Assembly (NCBI GenBank): GCA_964644715.1
Contig: CAZXXM010000001.1
Coordinates: 1 to 43,546, forward strand
Length of the DNA stretch: 43,546 nucleotides
Direction of reading: 5' to 3'
DNA from: an uncultured Salinisphaerales bacterium
GTDB taxonomy: Bacteria; Pseudomonadota; Gammaproteobacteria; Nevskiales; Nevskiaceae
Below are positions 35,066 to 43,383 of this stretch, piece by piece. Below the pieces are notes generated by a model. The model made no database searches. It was not told where the DNA came from and saw only the letters and a program-made list of their open reading frames with translations. Numbering within the stretch: the stretch's first letter is position 1; the number at the start of each line of letters is the position of its first letter. A program made the translations under genes and the position numbers.

Positions 35066-35569
35066 TCATGCGGCGATGCGATCGACCAGACGCACGATCC
35101 GGCCTACGTAAGCGACGCCGGTGCCGTACTCCTTGGCCAGAGACGTGAACGTGGCGCCATCCGCTGCCTTAGCCCTGATCTCCTCCACCTGCGCCCATGT
35201 AATACGAGTTCGTGGATGCGCCTCTCCAACACGCAATCCAACCGCTGTCCGATGGCGAACCGCATCACGGTTGTTCTCCGCTCGTGTTCCCCATCGCAGG
35301 TTGCTTGCTCGGTTATCAGAACGACGTCCATTCAGGTGCCTGCACTCGTGCAGATGAGTCGGCGCTGCACCATGGAACGCCAGCAATACCAGCCGATGGA
35401 CCGGCACCGAACGCTGGGTGGTTCGACCGCTTCCGTGGCGCACATTCACTCGCAGATAGCCATCTCTGTTGATGGATCCGCTCAACTCCCTGAGAGTCCC
35501 GCTGCGCTTGCTATACACCCGCCCATGGGCCGTGACGCAATACCCAGGGAAGCCAGGAACGGGCTTCAC
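35066..35569 (-). CDS. NUMOD4-HNH homing endonuclease
   Basis: KPVPGFPGY.V...GRV; VHRLV..AFHG; CRHLNG..SDNRASNLRWGT..EN. Confidence 0.9.
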   Translation of the reverse strand: MKPVPGFPGYCVTAHGRVYSKRSGTLRELSGSINRDGYLRVNVRHGSGRTTQRSVPVHRLVLLAFHGAAPTHLHECRHLNGRRSDNRASNLRWGTRAENNRDAVRHRTAVGLRVGEAHPRTRITWAQVEEIRAKAADGATFTSLAKEYGTGVAYVGRIVRLVDRIAA

Positions 35570-35868
35570 GGATGCGCATTCCAGTTGTGCCGCGGATCGA
35601 TCGGCATGCCACGCTCGTCGCAGCCACGCAGGGGCGAGCCCGTCTTGTCGCTCGCCGTCTTCGAGGAGTGGCAGTCATGGCACAGCGACTGCAGGTTGGC
35701 CTGGTCCCACGGATCCCCGCCCTCGGATATCCGCACCACGTGATCGACTTCGGTCGCCTGGCGCACGTGGCCGCGTGCCTTGCACATGCGGCACAGGGGC
35801 TCGCGGCGCAGCTGGGCAGGCTGAACGACGTCGCGCCAGCGCCTGCTGTTGTAGACGCTGCGACTCAT
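35566..35868 (-). CDS. HNH packaging endonuclease (HK97 gp74-like)
   Basis: EPLCRMC...VDHV....GG..WD..NLQSLCHDCHSSKT. Confidence 0.9.
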   Translation of the reverse strand: MSRSVYNSRRWRDVVQPAQLRREPLCRMCKARGHVRQATEVDHVVRISEGGDPWDQANLQSLCHDCHSSKTASDKTGSPLRGCDERGMPIDPRHNWNAHP

Positions 35869-36155
35869 CAGTCGATCCGGATCGTCAGATACTTCGGGAT
35901 CTTCTCTGCCGGCGAGCTCGACGTCGTCGCCTTGGCTTCCACAACCAACGTCTGCCCGTGTACACCCGTCGCTCCTTTGCGGAATCCGGCCGTACCCTTC
36001 TTGTTGGCCAGGTCGTCGCTATCGGCGAACTGCACTAGCTGCGCAGGTACCACGTAGTCGATCGCCGTGATCGAGATGCCTGTCGGGATCTCGGCCGAGA
36101 AGTCGAACGTGTAGAACAGTTCACCGTTGAGCGGCAGGAGCTGAAGGTCGCTCAC
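35868..36155 (-). CDS. Hypothetical virion-associated adaptor-like protein
   Basis: YTFDFSAEIP.G..I; beta-rich; 95 aa. Confidence 0.6.
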   Translation of the reverse strand: MSDLQLLPLNGELFYTFDFSAEIPTGISITAIDYVVPAQLVQFADSDDLANKKGTAGFRKGATGVHGQTLVVEAKATTSSSPAEKIPKYLTIRID

Positions 36156-36158
36156 GAC

Positions 36159-36872
36159 TCAGACCGACCACGATCCCGTCACATTGATCGTGTCGCCGTT
36201 GATGACCGCACGATCGCCGCCGGTGAAGTTGCCGGCGCTATACAGGATGCCGGTCGTGCCGTCCTTCGTGTTGTTCGTCGTCACGAAGGCGCCCTTGACC
36301 GTGCCGGTGGCCGTGATCGAGAAGGCCGACGCCGAGCTCGTCGCCTTGCTGCCGCTCGATGCGGCGGCAAAGGAGCTCGCAGGGCGCGTCGACTGCGAGT
36401 AGTTCGGGGCGTTGGTCGGGCCTGCTTCGGTCCAGCCGGCGTGCGACGCCATCGTGTCGCCAGCCGCATAGGCCGAGAACGACACCGAACTGACCAGGCC
36501 GAAGTACCAGGCGGCCGTGTAGCCAGACCCAGCGAAATACTTGTCCAGCAGGTCGTTCTTGCCCCCCGTCATCACCGTGTTCTGGAACGAGTCGGCCCAC
36601 TTCTGCTCGAGCGGGATGGCCGCGAACTCGATCGCAGCAGCAGCGCGATCGCGGACATCCTTCAGCCTGGCGAGGAAGCGCCACCAGCGCGGACGGGCCT
36701 CGGCCAGCCTGTCACGCAGGGCGACGTAGCGGTCGCGATCCTGCTCCCTGGGGCCGACGCATTCGACGTTGAACTGGAACCGCGGGGCGGGCAGGTGCTC
36801 GCGGATGGCTGCGGCCAGATCGACAGAGGCGCCTACGGCGCCACTCGCGTCACCGCGTTCGTTCATGTTCAT
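36159..36872 (-). CDS. Hypothetical structural protein
   Basis: N.V...GKNDLLD.YF.GS.YTAAWY.GL...DTMASHAGWTE...GDTINVT. Confidence 0.75.
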   Translation of the reverse strand: MNMNERGDASGAVGASVDLAAAIREHLPAPRFQFNVECVGPREQDRDRYVALRDRLAEARPRWWRFLARLKDVRDRAAAAIEFAAIPLEQKWADSFQNTVMTGGKNDLLDKYFAGSGYTAAWYFGLVSSVSFSAYAAGDTMASHAGWTEAGPTNAPNYSQSTRPASSFAAASSGSKATSSASAFSITATGTVKGAFVTTNNTKDGTTGILYSAGNFTGGDRAVINGDTINVTGSWSV

Positions 36873-37192
36873 GCCCGCCTCCGGATGATCGTCACGCCGT
36901 CCACTTCCTCGCCTTCGAAGGCGTCCCAGAACTTCCGCGAGGCTTCTGCGACCTTGTTCGCTGCGGAGACAAAGGCGTCCAGATTCTCGTCCTTCGCCTT
37001 GTCAGCAGCCTCGAGGGCGGCCTTCAGTGCCTCGGCAGTTGAGGCAACGGCAGCGGCGTGCCTGCACTTGCCCGGGCCTACCTCGAGCGACAGGGCGAGG
37101 CCCTCGCTGTCGGTCAGCGCATACCGCAGTTCGCCGGACACGGTCGGCCCGACCGCAGCCTTGTAGGCCGCAATCCGTTCACGGATCGACAT
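36869..37192 (-). CDS. Hypothetical protein
   Basis: Coupled within the operon. Confidence 0.7.
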   Translation of the reverse strand: MSIRERIAAYKAAVGPTVSGELRYALTDSEGLALSLEVGPGKCRHAAAVASTAEALKAALEAADKAKDENLDAFVSAANKVAEASRKFWDAFEGEEVDGVTIIRRRA

Positions 37193-37201
37193 GGCATTCC
37201 C

Positions 37202-38842
37202 TCAGTTGATGGTGCGTGCGGCCAGTTGCACGCTGATGACTCGGCCCTTGAAATCCACTCTGACGGTGCGGTCTGAGAACCTGACCTCGATCAATCGCTG
37301 GCCCGCGCCTATCAGCTGCCCGCCAGCAGTCAGGCTGTCGGTTGCGTTTCCGGTCTCGACGATGGAGACGCTCAGGACACGCAGGCCGATGAGCGCGTCG
37401 ATTGCAGCCGCGGCCTCAGACAATGCGCCCGCTAGGACCGCCTGGGATGCCAGGCTGTCAGCAGCCGCGCCAGTTTCTGTCAGGACACCAGTAAGCAACC
37501 CTTGGGACGCCAGACTGTCAGCCGCAACCCCAGATTCACTCAGCGTGCCGACCGCAGTCAGCAAGCCGGTGATCGTATCGATGGCACTCGCCGCCTCGGA
37601 CAGTGAGACGTCATAGGTGGCACCGCCAGGGCTCTGCGAGATGCTGTCGGTCGCGCTGCCTGCTTCGGACAGCACACCCAGCAGGACCGCCAGGGCCGAC
37701 AACGTATCGGCAGCGGAGCCCACCTCGGACAGCACCCCGGCCGCCTCGAGCAATCCCGTCAGGCTATCGGTTGCGGTCCCAACTTCTGACAGTGCGCCGA
37801 CGAGTTCAGCCGTAGAAGCCAGCGAATCACTCGCAGAGGCGGTCTCGCTCAGGGAAACGTCGTAGCTAGTGCCACCACCAACGATCTCATCGACGCCGAC
37901 ATCCCACGTGCTCGCTCCAGTCGGGCGAGTTTCACCGTCGATGTCGGTGGTGAACGTGGCGCTAAGGTCAGTTCCGACATCCTTCAGAGACGAGGACGCC
38001 CCGATGTGGAAGTCCTCGCTGCCGGCGGTGATGTTCGTGAAGTACGCGCCGCTTGATGTCGAGTAGGCGGCGGTCGGCGTGCTCTCAGTTCCATCCTCAC
38101 TGTAACAAGTCTGGAGCGTGTCCCAGTTGGTGCTATAATCCACTCCAGTGTTTCCACCGGAGTAGCAGTTGCGAAGCACGCCAGCATTACTGGCAGAGCT
38201 GGTGGTAAATCCCGCCCCACCATTACCAGCAGATACGCAATTCAGGCAAGTCATCGTTCCAAGACCAGCCGCGCCGAAGTTGCAGCGTATGCCGTTGCTG
38301 CCGTTTCCGTAGCTCAGGCAATTGATTAATGTCTGAACGCCAGAATTTCCCTCAATACCGGTAGCACCGGGACTGTTCCTGACAATCAGTGCGCGGCCAT
38401 AACTGTCATCGTTCGATGTGCCGGTTACGCCCGGATTGAAATACAGCCCCCTTGTCCCCGAATTGCTTGTTCCGGTGTTCTGTATTTGCAGGCCCTCAAG
38501 CCGCGCATACGGCTCAAGGATGTTTAGCATTGGGACGAACGATGCGGCTGCTACTAAACGATAATGCGACGTGCTCCATGTCCCCGGATGGCGGTTGGCC
38601 TGTTCGACTTTGACCTCGATGTAATCGGAAGCCGTAGTCGTCCAACCGTCGATGGTCACCGCCGTCGCATCGGCAGCCGAACCTTCACAGATCGCTACTT
38701 CCGCTCCCAAGCCGGTCAGGTTTGCCTGTCGCGCAGCTTCCCACTCGCTCAAGGTCGCGTAGGCGCGGGTCGCACCGGACGTGTTATTGGTGGTCCCATC
38801 GCCGCCAGCAGTAGATGCCGTGTTGACGTAGCGGGTTGCCAC
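37202..38842 (-). CDS. Beta-helix-like protein with C-terminal 20-aa repeats
   Basis: NC.SYGN/NCVSAGN/NCYSGGN repeats, TDIDGETRP...WDVGVDE, then about 9 LSE.G.A.DSL repeats; lower GC. Confidence 0.75.
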   Translation of the reverse strand: MATRYVNTASTAGGDGTTNNTSGATRAYATLSEWEAARQANLTGLGAEVAICEGSAADATAVTIDGWTTTASDYIEVKVEQANRHPGTWSTSHYRLVAAASFVPMLNILEPYARLEGLQIQNTGTSNSGTRGLYFNPGVTGTSNDDSYGRALIVRNSPGATGIEGNSGVQTLINCLSYGNGSNGIRCNFGAAGLGTMTCLNCVSAGNGGAGFTTSSASNAGVLRNCYSGGNTGVDYSTNWDTLQTCYSEDGTESTPTAAYSTSSGAYFTNITAGSEDFHIGASSSLKDVGTDLSATFTTDIDGETRPTGASTWDVGVDEIVGGGTSYDVSLSETASASDSLASTAELVGALSEVGTATDSLTGLLEAAGVLSEVGSAADTLSALAVLLGVLSEAGSATDSISQSPGGATYDVSLSEAASAIDTITGLLTAVGTLSESGVAADSLASQGLLTGVLTETGAAADSLASQAVLAGALSEAAAAIDALIGLRVLSVSIVETGNATDSLTAGGQLIGAGQRLIEVRFSDRTVRVDFKGRVISVQLAARTIN

Positions 38843-39240
38843 TAGAGCGGCTCGTTCGTGATTTTGTTGCGGATGAAGTTGCGGGCCTGCTGCACCGTTA
38901 CCTCGATGTAACGGTTGGCCTGCAACTGGGCGCGAGCGCCAGCCGGAATGTCCGCGACGTTGACCCGAAACTTACGACGCCGAATGCGAAGCGGCCGCCC
39001 GTCCTCATCGAACGCCACCGCGCTCAATTCGGGATCGAGCGCGTGCTGCACCTGTTCCGCCGTCACCCCGGTCACGCGCACCAGATACCACGGCGCCACC
39101 ACCGGGTTGCGGATCAGGTCGCCGTCATGCTTGCTGTCATCGTGGACCGCAACGATGTCGCCGCGCTTGTAGCATCCGCGCTGATCCTTCACCGGGTCAG
39201 CGTTCGTGTTGTCGCGGTCGATGATCGCGAGGATCGCCAT
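38842..39240 (-). CDS. Hypothetical protein
   Basis: YKRGDIVAV motif; coupled. Confidence 0.75.
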   Translation of the reverse strand: MAILAIIDRDNTNADPVKDQRGCYKRGDIVAVHDDSKHDGDLIRNPVVAPWYLVRVTGVTAEQVQHALDPELSAVAFDEDGRPLRIRRRKFRVNVADIPAGARAQLQANRYIEVTVQQARNFIRNKITNEPL

Positions 39241-39533
39241 CAGCGCACCCCGTATCGCTTCGCCAGCGGCGCGCCGGCGAGGTCCACGTCACGATCACCG
39301 AGTCGCCGCCCGAAAAGCTTCAGGACCTTGCAGCGCCGCGGTGGCTTTGGCGCCGCGTTGCGCGTGCGCTCCCCGAGCATCTCCGGGCAATGGGACCTTA
39401 CGAGCCGGACAAAGCTCGACCGTGCAATGCCAGCGACTGCCGCCGCCTTCGTTTTGCAACCGCGCCGATCGGCGAGCACGGCGAGCAGGTACTCCCGCCG
39501 GGCGCGGCTCATCGCATCCCGGTAGGTCTCCAC
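39240..39533 (-). CDS. Fis-type HTH protein
   Basis: REYLLAVL....GCKTKAAAVAGIARSSFVRLV resembles HTH_8. Confidence 0.65.
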   Translation of the reverse strand: METYRDAMSRARREYLLAVLADRRGCKTKAAAVAGIARSSFVRLVRSHCPEMLGERTRNAAPKPPRRCKVLKLFGRRLGDRDVDLAGAPLAKRYGVR

Positions 39534-39534
39534 G

Positions 39535-40116
39535 TCACGCAGTCGGCGGCGCCAGGCACACTCCGATCAGGCGTCCGCCCCGGTAGGCGGTGGTCGTCGC
39601 GACGGCACTCGCTGGCACCTCGTAGAACGGCGCGGCAACCTCGTCGCCACATTCCGCGCCGAGCGTGCCGTTGCCGACCTTGATGAGGCGCAGCTTCGAG
39701 GAGCGCACCTGCCACTCGAACACGTCCGGGACGATCAGGACCGTCAGCGTGATATTCGTCGGCGGCCCGGGCGGGGTCGGCGCAAAAGTCATGCACGCCG
39801 CGCCGGTCCCGCCGGCCCAGACCGACGGGTTGTTCGCACCGGCGAAGGCGCGGCCCTCGACGCAGGCTGTGCCACCCGACGATGGAACGGTGACCGTGAT
39901 CGTCGTGGTCGTCGCAGTTCCGGCGACCGTGACGGTCGAGCACAGGATCCCGGCCGTGGTCGTCGCTGCCTGGCAGCGGAACTCGTAGCCGGTGATGGCC
40001 GACGCCGGCAGTGGCTGGCCGTCACTGTAGGTTGTGGGCCGGAACCAGTTGAGCGTCCCAGCCAACGCGGTTGAGGCCAGCAGCAGGCCTGCCAGCACGG
40101 CACAGATTCGACGCAT
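39535..40116 (-). CDS. Secreted FN3-like protein, first late gene
   Basis: GAGG RBS; Sec signal ending ALA; W..PTTYSDG.PL...ITGY; PGPPTNITL. Confidence 0.75.
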   Translation of the reverse strand: MRRICAVLAGLLLASTALAGTLNWFRPTTYSDGQPLPASAITGYEFRCQAATTTAGILCSTVTVAGTATTTTITVTVPSSGGTACVEGRAFAGANNPSVWAGGTGAACMTFAPTPPGPPTNITLTVLIVPDVFEWQVRSSKLRLIKVGNGTLGAECGDEVAAPFYEVPASAVATTTAYRGGRLIGVCLAPPTA

Positions 40117-40130
40117 GACGCACCTCGTGA

Positions 40131-40156
40131 AGAAAAGGCCGGCCTTGCGGCCGGCC
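40131..40156 (-). terminator. Intrinsic terminator in the late leader (second)
   Basis: GGCCGGCC-GCAA-GGCCGGCC followed by TTTTCT. Confidence 0.8.
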
Positions 40157-40318
40157 GAACGCAATGCTCGGGCCTCATGACCAGCGCCCGAGAGAGGGAT
40201 CCCGACAGGGAAATGGATTACAGGCCCGGCGTGGCGGAGCTCGTCAGCCCCGCCACGCCGTTGCCGGTCGTGCGCACGAACCGGCAGCCGTCGCTTCGCT
40301 TTTACGGTATGGGGTATG

Positions 40319-40341
40319 AAAAAGCCGGCGCTAGGCCGGCT
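40319..40341 (-). terminator. tR'-like intrinsic terminator (first)
   Basis: AGCCGGC-CTAGC-GCCGGCT followed by TTTT. Confidence 0.8.
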
Positions 40342-40381
40342 CGGTGAGTTTCGGTTGGGGACCGCAACTCGAATTGTGCGC

Positions 40382-40410
40382 ATCGTACTCATGCGGCCCA
40401 TGCGAGTCAA
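40382..40410 (-). promoter_or_regulatory. Late promoter (pR'-like)
   Basis: TTGACT-N17-TACGAT directly after the Q-like gene. Confidence 0.85.
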
Positions 40411-40922
40411 TCACTTACAGCGCGCGACCGAATCCACCTGGCCATGTGCGACCGGCCGATGCTGAGCCAGGTGATGTATCGCCAGCGCAGCGTTGCGTAC
40501 GGATGGGCCAGTCGCTTCATCCAGGTCTTGCCGCTCACCTGCGATACCGCCAGGTACATCGGCGCGACGACCGAGCCCTCGGCGCCGCCGAAACGGTAGG
40601 GCTGCGCCTCCTCCACCAGACTCAGGCCGACGAGCCGTTCCAGGTAGTCGTACTCGGCGCCGTCGGTGCGCTTCACGGTCTGCGGCCAGTCCTCGGCCTT
40701 GCGCATCGCTTCGCCGAAGTCGAGCAGCTTCTCGGACAGCGGATGGAAACACTCGTCAGCGCCGGCGTAGCTGTAGAGCATCGCCGCAAACACCTCCGGC
40801 TCCATGCCGGCGCAGGCCATCCCGCACTCCCTGACCGTCCAGTACGGCTTGCCGGTTCCGGGGACGTCCATGCGTTGCAAGCTGCGAGCACCGGCGATGG
40901 AGATCAGCAGCTCTGGCGTCAT
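40407..40922 (-). CDS. Putative late antiterminator (Q-like)
   Basis: Last early gene before a promoter-terminator unit; 171 aa; call is mainly positional. Confidence 0.6.
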   Translation of the reverse strand: MTPELLISIAGARSLQRMDVPGTGKPYWTVRECGMACAGMEPEVFAAMLYSYAGADECFHPLSEKLLDFGEAMRKAEDWPQTVKRTDGAEYDYLERLVGLSLVEEAQPYRFGGAEGSVVAPMYLAVSQVSGKTWMKRLAHPYATLRWRYITWLSIGRSHMARWIRSRAVSD

Positions 40923-40981
40923 GCGGCGCGCGCCGTCAGCATCGCCCAAGCACGGGACTCGCTGGCTTCCGAGTCGATCAT
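40919..40981 (-). CDS. 20-aa mini-ORF
   Basis: MIDSEASESRAWAMLTARAA; ATGA overlaps at both ends. Confidence 0.5.
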   Translation of the reverse strand: MIDSEASESRAWAMLTARAA

Positions 40982-41301
40982 CCGGCGCGATCCAGCAGCT
41001 TTTCGGCCACCATCTCCGCAAATCGCACATGCGCCTGCAGTGCCGCGAGCTGCCCGGTAGTTCCTTCGCCATCATTGGGCCTGAATCCCTCATTCCACAG
41101 TGCCTGCAGCAGCGCCTGCGCAGCCTCGTATGGCATCGACATGGTTGGCTCGCGGGCTTTGGCCTGCTCATCGGGACCATACGTCGTGAGTATCACGTCT
41201 ACGTGCTCGCCGAAGTAGCGAACCCCATTTCGTTCGCCAACCAGCAGCAGCTCGACTCGAAGGCTGATCTGATTCCTTTGAGCGAACCATTTCATGTTCA
41301 C
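40978..41301 (-). CDS. Hypothetical phage protein
   Basis: GAGGAGG RBS; AQALLQALWNEGFRP motif. Confidence 0.75.
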   Translation of the reverse strand: MNMKWFAQRNQISLRVELLLVGERNGVRYFGEHVDVILTTYGPDEQAKAREPTMSMPYEAAQALLQALWNEGFRPNDGEGTTGQLAALQAHVRFAEMVAEKLLDRAG

Positions 41302-41314
41302 GCCGCCCTCCTCG

Positions 41315-41584
41315 TCAGAAAAAACCGGGCTTCGCTACCGAACGAGTCAGCGCCATCAGGCCCTGTTGCAGGTGCGTCTTCGCGATCGAGCGCCAGCGCG
41401 AAGCCTCGTCCAGGACCTCATCGTGTTCGCGATCGCCTGTCTTGCCGACCTCGACGTCAACCGCGCGGCACTTGTTGAGCAGCTGCTCGAGTCGCTCGCC
41501 CTCGCCCTTCACTTCGTTCATCAGATCGATCTCGGCCTGGCTGAGATCCCGATAGCCCTTGATCTGTCTGTGCTGGTTTTCCAT
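41315..41584 (-). CDS. acb2: Anti-CBASS cyclic-oligonucleotide sponge, Acb2 family
   Basis: MENQHRQIKGYRDLSQAEIDLMNEVK...RWRSIAKTHLQQGLMALTRSVAKP matches both conserved ends of Pseudomonas phage Acb2 as recalled. Confidence 0.88.
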   Translation of the reverse strand: MENQHRQIKGYRDLSQAEIDLMNEVKGEGERLEQLLNKCRAVDVEVGKTGDREHDEVLDEASRWRSIAKTHLQQGLMALTRSVAKPGFF

Positions 41585-41871
41585 CACCCACTCCCGCTCC
41601 GTTCGTGTTCCGGGGCTGTCTGTGGCCCGCCCCAGGTCGGCCTGATTCCGATTGCGCCATCGAACGCGTCTGCGAGGACATTTCGCATCAGCGTCATGAA
41701 TTCTTCCTTGCGCGGCGGATTGCAGACCACGCCTTGCATCAGGATCCTGCCGAGCTCGCGCGCGCCGGCCATGGAGTCGGGCTGCGCGTAGTACGCGACC
41801 CACCAGTCGCCCTCGTGCCGAAACGCCAGGCGCCCGACCTGCGTGTTCGCGGATACTTCTTTCGCCATCAT
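41584..41871 (-). CDS. Hypothetical phage protein
   Basis: GRLAFRHEGDWWVAYYA...APEHERSG. Confidence 0.75.
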   Translation of the reverse strand: MMAKEVSANTQVGRLAFRHEGDWWVAYYAQPDSMAGARELGRILMQGVVCNPPRKEEFMTLMRNVLADAFDGAIGIRPTWGGPQTAPEHERSGSG

Positions 41872-42143
41872 CCCACCCTCCCCTGCTGTGGATTCCATCC
41901 GTTCCGATGTTCGCGCGCCGCCCGGGTGCGCGACTCTGGCGGCCTGACGTACCAGCCGCGCTCGTCAGCCTCGACCATGCCAACGGCCGCGAGCTTGCAC
42001 AGCGTCCGGCTGATCGCTTCCGGCAGCAGCCGCGGCCATTGCAGACGTATCCACCGGGCGAGCTGCTCGTGCGGCATCGGCGCGTGCAGCCGGTGCGCGT
42101 GCTCGGCCAGGCGCCAGGCGATGATGCGGTCGAGCTTCATCAC
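41868..42143 (-). CDS. Hypothetical wHTH-like protein
   Basis: ISRTLCKLAAVGMVE....GWY. Confidence 0.55.
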   Translation of the reverse strand: MMKLDRIIAWRLAEHAHRLHAPMPHEQLARWIRLQWPRLLPEAISRTLCKLAAVGMVEADERGWYVRPPESRTRAAREHRNGWNPQQGRVG

Positions 42144-42385
42144 TGGACCCCACGTACGACGACGAAGTCGCCGCGCCGCACCCTCTTTGCCAAGCGGGCG
42201 GTCGCGCGCTCCAGGGCGCGGGCGGCGCGCGCCGGATCGTCATGGGCATCGTCGAGAACGAATGCGACCATGACACGCATGAGCACCTCGCCGGCATGCA
42301 GCGGGCAGCAAGTGCGGGCCTGGAGGATCTGGCGTATTTCGTTCGCGAGTAATTCGATCTGGTCCGGGGTCAGCTGCTCAGTCAT
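42140..42385 (-). CDS. Hypothetical protein
   Basis: GAGGAG RBS before MTEQLTPDQ. Confidence 0.65.
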   Translation of the reverse strand: MTEQLTPDQIELLANEIRQILQARTCCPLHAGEVLMRVMVAFVLDDAHDDPARAARALERATARLAKRVRRGDFVVVRGVQ

Positions 42386-42638
42386 CGAACGCTCCTCCCG
42401 GGTTGCAGGTGAAGCACGCCCAATACCCGCCGCTGCCCTGGCACCAGTCGCAGTCCTCGACGTCGTCCTCGTCGTACCAGAGCGGGTCCAGCTCGTAGAG
42501 CTCGATCTCGCCCTCGCCGCCGCAGTTGGCACAGTCGGTCCAGCCCATCGAGCATCCGCATTTCTGGCAGTGCGGCGCGTCGCCAGGCTCACCTGGTGAG
42601 CCACTCCCAGCCATGCCGGTCAGGTCCGGCTGGCTCAA
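42378..42638 (-). CDS. Zinc-finger protein with DnaJ-like CxxCxGxG repeats
   Basis: CQKC, CANCGGEG, CDWCQGSG, CFTC. Confidence 0.75.
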   Translation of the reverse strand: MSQPDLTGMAGSGSPGEPGDAPHCQKCGCSMGWTDCANCGGEGEIELYELDPLWYDEDDVEDCDWCQGSGGYWACFTCNPGGAFDD

Positions 42639-42907
42639 GGCGATCGCTCCTTCGCGACTCGTGCCGCGGCGAAGTGCTCGACGACCAGCTGCGCCAGCCG
42701 CCAGAACTCCTCCTCCCCCAGCATTCCGTCGATCAGGTCGACGATCAGCCGCCGGTCCGTCTTGTCGAACGACCAGGTCACGGCGCCGGCCGGGCCGTCC
42801 TCGGACTCGACGAACTCGTGGTCCTCGACGAACCGCTCGATCCAGGCGTGCAGCCGCACCGTCGGGCTCGGCGGCGCGGCTGTCGATCCGTTAGCTGCCG
42901 GCGGCAT
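42635..42907 (-). CDS. Hypothetical protein
   Basis: GAGGA RBS; coupled. Confidence 0.6.
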   Translation of the reverse strand: MPPAANGSTAAPPSPTVRLHAWIERFVEDHEFVESEDGPAGAVTWSFDKTDRRLIVDLIDGMLGEEEFWRLAQLVVEHFAAARVAKERSP

Positions 42908-43021
42908 AGACTTCCTCCTCGAACTGATCGCCCGGCGGGTACCGGTCGTCGTCCTCGTACGCGTCGTACGACTCGCCCGACATCTGCCACCAGAGCTTCA
43001 CGAGGCCGAGCGAGTAGTGCC
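42891..43021 (-). CDS. 3' part of the join-spanning hypothetical protein
   Basis: Continues in frame from 70..1. Confidence 0.7.
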
Positions 43022-43076
43022 AGCAGCCGTGCGCCGTGAACCGGATCCGCCACCAGAACCGGGCAATTCCTGTAAA
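43022..43076 (+). repeat. 55-bp direct repeat, copy 2
   Basis: Identical to 1-55. Confidence 0.97.
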
Positions 43077-43361
43077 ACCTACTTCCGCTGGATGCAGGGT
43101 CCTGGTGATCCGGAGCAGACCGCCCCGGTGCACGAGAGCCGCGTGGTGCGTTCGATCCTCTTCCGGACGGGCGGCAGCGCAGTCCCTGCCACGGCGGGCA
43201 AGGGATTCCTGATCGACGGCCTGACGCTCCGGTCGGGACCGATCCTCATCGGACCTCCGACTTCGAAGGATCAGTGCAAGAACGATGGCTGGAAGACCTT
43301 CAACAATCCGGTGTTCAAGAACCAGGGCGACTGCGTGTCGTACGTGGTCAACGGGAAGTAA
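43077..43361 (+). CDS. 3' fragment of a host-like gene
   Basis: Ends GPPTSKDQCKNDGWKTFNNPVFKNQGDCVSYV, a C-terminal motif of bacterial secreted proteins; no 5' end present. Confidence 0.65.
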   Translation, partial: TYFRWMQGPGDPEQTAPVHESRVVRSILFRTGGSAVPATAGKGFLIDGLTLRSGPILIGPPTSKDQCKNDGWKTFNNPVFKNQGDCVSYVVNGK

Positions 43362-43383
43362 CCCCCAGAAGGAAGGAGCATGC

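Larger units (their letters stand above)
1..43021. mobile_element. Temperate siphovirus genome (circular, excised form), HK97-like head and lambda-like switch
   Basis: Full set of terminase, portal, protease, capsid, tail, lysis, cI/cro and integrase genes; 55-bp terminal repeat; ORF intact across the join. Confidence 0.93.

Noticed and set aside
37290-37870. CRISPR array or DGR repeats
   Set aside because: The periodicity is a degenerate 60-bp coding repeat; no spacers, cas genes or reverse transcriptase were seen in the window.
40193-40226. tRNA-Tyr-like CTGTAA loop or CI half-operator (GATTACAGGC) in the late leader
   Set aside because: No tRNA arms and no second half-site; may be chance.
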